Below are positions 1-6,149 of a stretch of 32,000 nucleotides of DNA, piece after piece. Every line of letters begins with the position of its first letter. The first letter of the stretch is position 1. Below the pieces are notes generated by a model, which was not told where the DNA came from, searched no databases, and saw only the letters and a program-made list of their open reading frames with translations. Both the position numbers and the translations under genes were made by a program. This DNA is from an uncultured Poribacteria bacterium (GTDB taxonomy: Bacteria; Poribacteria; WGA-4E; WGA-3G). The stretch lies in contig CATQHZ020000001.1 of the NCBI GenBank assembly GCA_958296135.2, positions 3,340,536 through 3,372,535 on the forward strand, written 5' to 3'.

Positions 1-16
1 CAAGGAGCATCATAAC

Positions 17-1009
17 ATGCACACATTCCGACATCATTGGATTTCTATAACACTTCTTCTCGCCTGTCTCGCGATCGGGGTAACAGAAACTCCCGCCGCT
101 GTGAAGATTGGCCTCATTTACGATGTCCGCGGCCGTGGAGATCTCTCCTTTAACGATGCCGCCTACGCTGGTGCGAAAAAAGCCGCTGATGAATTTAATC
201 TTAAACTCACAGAGGTGAACCCCGGTCAGAGCACCGACACCGAATTAGCACTCCGCCGGCTTGCGAAACTCAAATATGAGATTATCATCGGCGTTGGGTT
301 TCGGTTCCGCGACCCGATTCACCGCGTGGCGGGTGAGTTTCCGAGCGTCAAATTCGCGCTAATCGACGAGGTAGTCCCTATGCCGAACGTCGCCTCGCTC
401 ACCTATCGCGCCCAGGAAGGCACGTTCCTGGCTGGTGTTATCGCCGCGCTCAAAACAGAGACGAACCGCATCGGTTTTATCGGCGGGATGAAAATCCCGC
501 TGTTGGAAGCGTTTGAGATTGGCTTCGATGCCGGGCGGCAGGCAGCCAACCCCGATGTCCAGCTGCTCGTTGACTATGTCGGTGTCACACCACAAGCCTT
601 CGATGATCCTGCGAAAGGGAAGGAGTTGGCAATTGCGCAGTATAACAAAGGCGCGGATGTCATCATCGCGGCAGCCGGTGCGAGTGGGTTGGGCATCCTC
701 GAAGCGGCGAAGTCACTGAAAAAATGGATTATCTGGGTGGATTCAAACGGCAACCATCTTGCCCCTGGGCTCGTCCTCACCAGCATCATCAAAGGGGTAG
801 AAATCTCTGTCTATGAGACGATAAAAAGCGTTCACGAGGGCACTTTCACCGGTGGGCAAAAGGATTATGGACTGAAAGAAGATGGCGTGGAATACACAGT
901 GGATGACGACAACCGCGCACTGCTCTCGGACGACATTTTGGAACAAGTTGAGGCGTTTAAGGCGAAAATTATCGCTGGCGAAATCGTCGTCCCCTACAAA
1001 AGGGAATAG
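17..1009 (+). CDS. BMP-family (Med/PnrA-like) ABC-transporter substrate-binding lipoprotein
   Basis: 330-aa ORF with AAGGAG (2-7) 9 nt upstream of the ATG. N-terminal signal peptide has a lipobox-like LLAC. KIGLIYDVRGRGDLSFND and the rest of the protein fit the basic-membrane-protein/nucleoside-binding family. It is followed by the matching double-NBD ATPase type. Confidence 0.85.
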   Translation: MHTFRHHWISITLLLACLAIGVTETPAAVKIGLIYDVRGRGDLSFNDAAYAGAKKAADEFNLKLTEVNPGQSTDTELALRRLAKLKYEIIIGVGFRFRDPIHRVAGEFPSVKFALIDEVVPMPNVASLTYRAQEGTFLAGVIAALKTETNRIGFIGGMKIPLLEAFEIGFDAGRQAANPDVQLLVDYVGVTPQAFDDPAKGKELAIAQYNKGADVIIAAAGASGLGILEAAKSLKKWIIWVDSNGNHLAPGLVLTSIIKGVEISVYETIKSVHEGTFTGGQKDYGLKEDGVEYTVDDDNRALLSDDILEQVEAFKAKIIAGEIVVPYKRE

Positions 1010-1117
1010 AAAATACCGACGCGGCGAGAGTGTCAGGGTGGATTTCTATATCAGCCTGTTACCTCCAAGGGCGACAGGCGGATACGGACATTCGCCACTA
1101 CGAGCACAGCACGGAAA

Positions 1118-2812
1118 ATGACACACAAACCCATCATAGAAATGCGCGGCATCAGCAAACGGTTTGGACAGGTGCAGGCGAACGCCGCCGTGGATTTCAC
1201 GCTACGCCGCGGGGAAATCCACGCCATCGTCGGAGAAAACGGGGCCGGCAAATCTACGTTGATGAAGATTCTCTACGGACTTTATCAACCGGATGCAGGC
1301 GAGCTCGCCGTTAATGGACACCGCGTGGATATTTCTTCCACTCGGCGAGCGATGCGCCTCGGCTTAGGGATGATACAGCAGCACTTCACGCTCATCCCTG
1401 TCTTCACCGCGCTGCAGAACATTATCCTCGCGAAAGAGCCCCGCAAATTCAGAGCCTTCCTCAATTACCAGAAGGCGGAAGCGGAAGTAATGGCTCTCGC
1501 CGCGCAACTCGGATTTCAGGTGCCTTTGAATACACCGATTGAATCTCTGCCGATTGGCGCGCAACAGCACACCGAAATCTTGAAGGCACTCTACCATGGC
1601 GCGGAAATCCTTATCATGGATGAGCCCACAGCAGTGCTAGCACCGCAAGAGATTGAGGGCCTCTTTCGTTGTATGCACGGCCTCAGACAGGAAGGGAAAA
1701 GCCTCGTCATCATCACGCACAAACTTGACGAGGTAATGGCGATAGCCGATACCGTCACGGTGATGCGGCGCGGAAAGACGGTGGCATCTTTGCCGACTGC
1801 CAAAACTGATGCTACACAGCTAGCGGAACTGATGCTCGGTGAGCCTGTCGCACGTCATAACGTGGCAGGAGGCCCCCAGGCGGGGGGCCGTCGTGAACCG
1901 ACTGCTTCTCATGCCGTAGGGCGAGGGCCCGTCCCGCACCAGGCACCCCTGCTCCGCTTGGAAAACGTCACTGTGCAGGAACAGCAGAAACATAAGTCTT
2001 CACAACTTGAAGACAGGCTGCTAAGGCAACTCAAAGCGTTACGTAGGGCGAGGGCCTGTCCCTCGCCAGGCCAAACAACCGCTAGGGACAACAAAAACGC
2101 AACCGGGCGGGCACTCCTACAAGGAATCACCCTTGAGGTGCATCGGGGCGAAATCGTCGGGATAGCGGGTGTCGAAGGGAATGGACAGACTGAACTTGTT
2201 GAGGCATTGACTGGGCTCCGCCAGATTCACGGCGGCACCCTCACCTTAAACGGGGAGGCGATGCGTGAAGACCCGGCCCTGCTCCGCGAGAAAGGGGTGG
2301 CGCACCTGCCAGCTGATAGGCACCGCCACGGCATCAGCCTCAATGACCGGCTCGACGAAAATTTCATCATCGGACGGCATAGAAAAAAGCAATTCAGCCG
2401 CTACGGCCTGCTGCAACACAAATCTATCCAACGCTTCGCGGCGAACGCGCTGGCGAAATATGACATCCGCGTAGGAGATATTGCGCAGCCGATTCGGACG
2501 CTCTCCGGGGGCAATCAGCAAAAGGTAGTCGTCGCGCGGGAATTGGCAGGCGGTAGACCGGCTCCGGAACTCATCATCGCCGCGCATCCGACGCGCGGGT
2601 TAGATATCCATGCAGCAAGATTTGTCCACACACGCCTCTTTCAAGCACGCAACAGCGGTAAAGCCATTCTCCTCGTTTCCTCTGAGTTGGAAGAACTGCT
2701 TCACCTCAGTGACAGAATCGCTGTGATGTTCAACGGACAAATCGCCGGAATTGTCAAACCAGAAGAGACAGACATGTCAGAACTCGGCGCGTTGATGCTC
2801 GGATTGAGCTGA
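1118..2812 (+). CDS. ABC transporter ATP-binding protein with two fused nucleotide-binding domains (BMP/sugar-nucleoside type), carrying two extra in-frame segments
   Basis: 564-aa ORF. NBD1 has GENGAGKST (Walker A) and LIMDEPTAVL (Walker B). NBD2 has GVEGNGQTE, LSGGNQQKVVVAREL (signature) and IIAAHPTRGLD. The extra segments at about nt 1868-1943 and 1985-2100 contain REP-type repeats. Confidence 0.9.
   Translation: MTHKPIIEMRGISKRFGQVQANAAVDFTLRRGEIHAIVGENGAGKSTLMKILYGLYQPDAGELAVNGHRVDISSTRRAMRLGLGMIQQHFTLIPVFTALQNIILAKEPRKFRAFLNYQKAEAEVMALAAQLGFQVPLNTPIESLPIGAQQHTEILKALYHGAEILIMDEPTAVLAPQEIEGLFRCMHGLRQEGKSLVIITHKLDEVMAIADTVTVMRRGKTVASLPTAKTDATQLAELMLGEPVARHNVAGGPQAGGRREPTASHAVGRGPVPHQAPLLRLENVTVQEQQKHKSSQLEDRLLRQLKALRRARACPSPGQTTARDNKNATGRALLQGITLEVHRGEIVGIAGVEGNGQTELVEALTGLRQIHGGTLTLNGEAMREDPALLREKGVAHLPADRHRHGISLNDRLDENFIIGRHRKKQFSRYGLLQHKSIQRFAANALAKYDIRVGDIAQPIRTLSGGNQQKVVVARELAGGRPAPELIIAAHPTRGLDIHAARFVHTRLFQARNSGKAILLVSSELEELLHLSDRIAVMFNGQIAGIVKPEETDMSELGALMLGLS
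1916..1940 (+). repeat. REP-type repeat (degenerate right arm) inside the ABC ATPase CDS
   Basis: GTAGGGCGAGGGCCCGTCCCGCACC. Same head and left arm as the intergenic copies, with the right arm carrying 2 substitutions. It translates in-frame as VGRGPVPHQ. Confidence 0.7.
2043..2067 (+). repeat. REP-type repeat (perfect 8-bp stem) inside the ABC ATPase CDS
   Basis: GTAGGGCGAGGGCCTGTCCCTCGCC. Stem is GGCGAGGG (2047-2054) with CCCTCGCC (2060-2067). This is the canonical form of the family seen in intergenic spacers. Confidence 0.8.
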
Positions 2813-2864
2813 GCGAGTCCCAGTAGGAAAGACCTCCGTTACGCCTATCCTATAGGAGATCAAA

Positions 2865-3695
2865 ATGATTATTGATTCACACACGCATGCCTGGCCCCGG
2901 TGGCCCTATCAACCGCCTGTTCCCGACGATGAGAGCCGGGGCAGGGTCGAACAACTCCTCCACGAAATGGATTTGCACAATGTCGACCGGGCAGTGCTTA
3001 TCTGCGCGCGTATTGATAGGAATGCCGATAACAACGATTATGTCGCGCAGTGTGTCAAACGCTATCCGGAACGGCTCATCCAGTTTGCCGATGTCGATTG
3101 CTCTTGGACAGAAACGTATCACACGCCGGGTGCAGCGGAGCGGCTCAAAATTGCCGCCCAGACTTACTCGCTTAAAGGCTACACGCATTATCTCAGAGGC
3201 GATGACGATGGAAGTTGGTTCTTTTCAGAGGAAGGACAACGCTTCTTTCAGACGACAGCAGACCTCGGTTTGATTGCCAGCATCGCAATGGGCGGCCATC
3301 AGCACGCGCCTTTGCAAAAACTGGCGGCTCAGTTTCCGACTATCCCCTTCCTGTGCCATCACATGGCGGGCACACGGGTAGGTGAAGCCGCGCAATTCAA
3401 ACAGGTGCTCGCCGCCGCGAAGGTGCCGAATATCTACGTGAAGATGTCGGGATTCGCCTACGTTTCACAGGTTTCGTGGGATTATCCGTATTCGGATACA
3501 CACGAGATTGTCCGCGCGCTCTATGAACATTTCGGCCCAGGCCGGCTCTGTTGGGGTTCAGATTATCCGGTGGTGCGTTCGTTCATGACATATCAACACG
3601 CGCTGGAGGCGTTTCGCACGCATTGCACGTTCATTCCGGAGGCAGACAAGGCGCAGATCTTGGGCGGCACGCTTCAGGGATTGCTGCGCGAATAA
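2865..3695 (+). CDS. Amidohydrolase-2 family metal-dependent hydrolase (TIM barrel)
   Basis: 276-aa ORF with a GGAG-containing RBS upstream. N-terminal IIDSHTHAW (HxH metal motif) and C-terminal CWGSDYPV (Asp) are typical of PF04909-type amidohydrolases. Confidence 0.75.
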   Translation: MIIDSHTHAWPRWPYQPPVPDDESRGRVEQLLHEMDLHNVDRAVLICARIDRNADNNDYVAQCVKRYPERLIQFADVDCSWTETYHTPGAAERLKIAAQTYSLKGYTHYLRGDDDGSWFFSEEGQRFFQTTADLGLIASIAMGGHQHAPLQKLAAQFPTIPFLCHHMAGTRVGEAAQFKQVLAAAKVPNIYVKMSGFAYVSQVSWDYPYSDTHEIVRALYEHFGPGRLCWGSDYPVVRSFMTYQHALEAFRTHCTFIPEADKAQILGGTLQGLLRE

Positions 3696-3726
3696 GCCGC
3701 GCCTATTTTCCTTCTGCAAATAAAGT

Positions 3727-3957
3727 TCAAATGAAACTCTTGATTAATGCGCCAATCGCGACTAGCATAGCTGCGGCGGCAATCCATTCCGCGCGACGCG
3801 CGCGGGCACCGATAGCCGCTTTCTCGCGTCCTTCCAACTTGCCGCGAATAAAGTCGACATCGCGTACCACGCTGAGAATATGCGTTTGCATCGCCTCCAA
3901 GCGCGCGTTTGTCTCCTGTCGCAGGGATTCAATGGCTTGCAATATCTGCTCAGTCAC
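3727..3957 (-). CDS. Small tail-anchored coiled-coil protein (hypothetical; XhlA-like architecture)
   Basis: 76-aa ORF with a GTG start preceded by GGAGGA at 7 nt. It has its own consensus-like promoter. The N-terminus is a heptad-like helix and the C-terminus is a hydrophobic segment (WIAAAAMLVAIGALIKSFI). Confidence 0.5.
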   Translation of the reverse strand: MTEQILQAIESLRQETNARLEAMQTHILSVVRDVDFIRGKLEGREKAAIGARARRAEWIAAAAMLVAIGALIKSFI

Positions 3958-4017
3958 GGTTAATCCTCCGTTGGTAGTTAGGGCAAGGTTTAAGGGCTCG
4001 CGCTATCGGTATCAATT

Positions 4018-4046
4018 ATTATACACGATTTCATTGCGATTGTCAC
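4018..4046 (-). promoter_or_regulatory. Sigma70-type promoter for the 3727-3957 gene
   Basis: On the minus strand: GTGACA (4046-4041), 17-nt spacer, TATAAT (4023-4018). Confidence 0.45.
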
Positions 4047-4076
4047 ACTTTTTTGCGGAAACTCTCAATTTTTCCC

Positions 4077-4105
4077 TTGTTTTTTTTATACAAAACGGGT
4101 ATAAT
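4077..4105 (+). promoter_or_regulatory. Sigma70-type promoter for the 4242-4895 gene
   Basis: TTGTTT (4077-4082), 17-nt spacer, TATAAT (4100-4105). Confidence 0.4.
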
Positions 4106-4152
4106 AAATTAGCAACGGACGCAACCCATCTTGCGTCACGTATTTAAGTACA

Positions 4153-4200
4153 GTAGGGCGAGGGCCCGGCGATAACGAATCGCCGAGGGTTCCCCTCGCC
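4153..4200 (+). repeat. Long composite REP variant (nested hairpins) in the 5' leader of the 4242 gene
   Basis: GTAG head. Outer stem is GGCGAGGG (4157-4164) with CCCTCGCC (4193-4200). Inner stem is GGCGAT (4168-4173) with ATCGCC (4179-4184). A competing local hairpin pairs GAGGG (4185-4189) with CCCTC (4193-4197). It is near-identical to 7859-7910. Confidence 0.75.
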
Positions 4201-4241
4201 GTGTCCGATTAGAACTGTAAACTGCATAGGAGGAAAAACAG

Positions 4242-4895
4242 ATGAAAAAGGTTTTTGTTTGGACAACGCTCGCGCTTATTCTCACGGCAAGCGTAGCATT
4301 CGCAACGCAGCTCCCGAGCGTGCAAGGCGAATATATTGAGGCGCGCGCCGCAAGCGTCTACACCGGCGCATGCCACTTCGGCGCCGAATTTGTGGACGGT
4401 GGCAAAGAGGCGACTCTCGTCTGGCACATTCAGCGCGGGACCTGGAACGAAGTACCGCTGGAGGGCTTAACTGCTGTGGCCATCGTCACTGCCAAGAAGA
4501 ACTTGGCAATCGATACCGAAACCCGTAAGAGTGTGCTATACGTCAACACGGAAACTACGGCGGCACAGCGCACCGCACTCCGAGAGATGTTGGCGACAAC
4601 GCAGACAGAAGTCCTCGGCGACATCGTTGCTACGCAAACGGCACCGATTGCCTTTACCAAGAAAGGCACGCAATACGATGTCACAGTAGGCGAAGTCCTC
4701 GCGCTTTCAGTGAACCGCTATCCGTGCGCGGCATGCACGCAACCGCTTCAAATCTGGTATGAACCGCTGATGAACATTCAGAACGCCATCGTCGGCAAAT
4801 CGGAAGTCTATCGCTACAAAGACACGCATCTCCCCGTGACATGGCATCAAGGCGACGCGGTGAACAACGTCTTCGTCGGCGATTTCTCCATGTAA
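4242..4895 (+). CDS. Secreted hypothetical protein (signal peptide; possibly DUF1326-like, unverified)
   Basis: 217-aa ORF with AGGAGGA 7-8 nt upstream of the ATG. The N-terminus MKKVFVWTTLALILTASVAFA is a classical signal peptide. I recognise no catalytic motif. Confidence 0.7.
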   Translation: MKKVFVWTTLALILTASVAFATQLPSVQGEYIEARAASVYTGACHFGAEFVDGGKEATLVWHIQRGTWNEVPLEGLTAVAIVTAKKNLAIDTETRKSVLYVNTETTAAQRTALREMLATTQTEVLGDIVATQTAPIAFTKKGTQYDVTVGEVLALSVNRYPCAACTQPLQIWYEPLMNIQNAIVGKSEVYRYKDTHLPVTWHQGDAVNNVFVGDFSM

Positions 4896-4912
4896 CCGAG
4901 CCCAACGTTACG

Positions 4913-4939
4913 TTTGGCGAGGGCCTGGCCCTCGCCAAA
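4913..4939 (+). repeat. REP-type hairpin with extended 12-bp perfect stem, 18 nt after the stop codon (possible terminator, no T-tract)
   Basis: TTTGGCGAGGGC (4913-4924), CTG loop, GCCCTCGCCAAA (4928-4939). It has the same core as the REP family but lacks the GTAG head. Confidence 0.7.
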
Positions 4940-4963
4940 CAACAAACAACGCCGAAACGAACC

Positions 4964-4988
4964 GTAGGGCGGGGGCCTGTCCCCCGCC
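4964..4988 (+). repeat. REP-type repeat, stem variant GGCGGGGG/CCCCCGCC
   Basis: GTAGGGCGGGGGCCTGTCCCCCGCC. Relative to the canonical copy, an A>G change in the left arm is matched by T>C in the right arm. Confidence 0.8.
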
Positions 4989-5204
4989 AATATCACCTAA
5001 AAATACCCGACTTACATCTCCGCTCTCCACACCTAAATAACTTGCTAAATTTGTTACCTAATTCTCAATTCTTTCGTTAACATTTACTGAAACCTGCCAG
5101 AAGGAAAAGAACCATTCCGAATAAAAGAAGGCTAGGTCCTGAATGGCTAGCGTTTCGGTGATTGGCAGGTAAAAATTAATAAAATCTCAGAAAAGGCGGT
5201 CCCT

Positions 5205-5759
5205 ATGGACGAAACTGTTGAGGAATATCAGAAAGAACTCCTCTGGCGGACAGCGGCGGAGACCTTCTATCGTGTGGCGTATGCGGAGGGGCTTATCACC
5301 TCTGTGATCCGTGCTTGGCGGCCGATTGATAGCTTCATCAAAAGCATGGTGACGCTCACGACTATCGCCTCCGTAATGCTTGGATGGGCGGTGTGGGGCA
5401 CCCCGGTAGTTGAAGCCGCCGGCACCGACTTAGGGAAGATGATATGGCTGGCAGTGGCCGGCACCGCGGCATTCTTAAGCCTGTTACATGTCATCTTCAA
5501 AATCTCCGACCGGATGGAGGACCTGAGCCACAACGCGCAGTATTTCAAGAGCCTACGTCTCAATCTGGAACGGTTCATCTATGAGATGGAGATCGATCCG
5601 GATTTCCCACTCGAACAATTCAAAACCACGTTTGAGTTGTATCGGGAATGGCTGCTTGTCGGCTCGCAAATGTTGAAGGATGACCTCCTCCTCACGCGCA
5701 GACGGCGGCTGAAGGTTCAGAGAAAGTTGAATCAACAAATGGGAGACATGATTCTATGA
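5205..5759 (+). CDS. Hypothetical membrane protein with two closely spaced TM helices flanked by helical regions
   Basis: 184-aa ORF. Hydrophobic segments are MVTLTTIASVMLGWAVWG and MIWLAVAGTAAFLSLLHVIF. The C-terminus is helical and charged. Its stop overlaps the next ORF's start (ATGA at 5756-5759). Confidence 0.55.
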   Translation: MDETVEEYQKELLWRTAAETFYRVAYAEGLITSVIRAWRPIDSFIKSMVTLTTIASVMLGWAVWGTPVVEAAGTDLGKMIWLAVAGTAAFLSLLHVIFKISDRMEDLSHNAQYFKSLRLNLERFIYEMEIDPDFPLEQFKTTFELYREWLLVGSQMLKDDLLLTRRRRLKVQRKLNQQMGDMIL

Positions 5760-5989
5760 AAGAGCAACCTCTTGATATCCAGGCAGCCGTGCAGGAACAT
5801 TCGGTGGCACAGCGGCCTGTCCACGCGAGTTATGAGCCGCCAGACCCGGTGCCGCAGTTTCGGCCCCGGCCGAGGCTGCGGCAGGCTCCTGCTTCCACAC
5901 GGCGGTTATATCCTACACAGAGTGTGAATTTGGCGCAACAAGACCTCGGGCCACAGGAGGCACCTGAGCCATCACACCCTGAAGCGTAG
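5756..5989 (+). CDS. Possible small Pro/Gln-rich protein, translationally coupled to the 5205-5759 gene
   Basis: 77-aa ORF whose ATG overlaps the upstream TGA. The sequence is low-complexity and proline-rich with no recognisable domain. A comparably long ORF exists on the opposite strand, so coding status is uncertain. Confidence 0.3.
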   Translation: MKEQPLDIQAAVQEHSVAQRPVHASYEPPDPVPQFRPRPRLRQAPASTRRLYPTQSVNLAQQDLGPQEAPEPSHPEA

Positions 5990-5997
5990 CCGGCTCC

Positions 5998-6082
5998 TCT
6001 GTTGTTGCAGGAACCAACAGCACGTGGGCGAAAAAGGTTAGGGCAGAAGGAGACGTTATTATCTGCAATCATACGAAAAACT
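5998..6082 (+). repeat. Copy A of an approximately 85-nt intergenic repeat family
   Basis: It aligns ungapped with 20225-20309, at about 64 of 85 positions by hand. The 5' 16 nt (TCTGTTGTTGCAGGAA) are identical. The 3' part (GACGTTATT..CATACGAAAAA) is strongly conserved and the centre is variable. Confidence 0.7.
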
Positions 6083-6110
6083 CCTGAGCGCGAACACGCT
6101 CTATCGCGCT

Positions 6111-6127
6111 CGGGAGCTCGCTCCTAC
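6111..6127 (-). repeat. Variant GTAGG-headed palindromic repeat (GTAGGAGCGAGCTCCCG on the minus strand)
   Basis: It shares GTAGG + GCGAGCTC with 24538-24554. It lies about 28 nt from 85-nt repeat copy A, as the 24538 copy lies about 39 nt from copy C. Confidence 0.5.
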
Positions 6128-6149
6128 GCCCAAACCGGAAACAGAGCGT

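Noticed and set aside
3551-4147. 198-aa plus-strand ORF spanning the end of the amidohydrolase gene, the antisense of the 3727-3957 gene, and the divergent promoter region
   Set aside because: It overlaps a well-supported CDS out of frame and runs through two promoter-like elements and AT-rich spacer. The product is Arg/Ser/Ala-rich and low-complexity, and there is no RBS. It is most likely a GC-driven spurious ORF.
5830-6072. The 80-aa minus-strand ORFs at 5830-6072 and 20057-20299 share an N-terminal peptide (M[IV][AG][DE]NNV[SP]F...AV.SCNNR), suggesting a conserved small protein
   Set aside because: The similarity is explained by the 85-nt DNA repeat they both read through. Differences between copies are not biased toward synonymous changes. 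No RBS precedes the ATG (TTTTTCGTATG). The third copy (24594-24650) lacks the ATG. Downstream of the repeat the two ORFs are unrelated.
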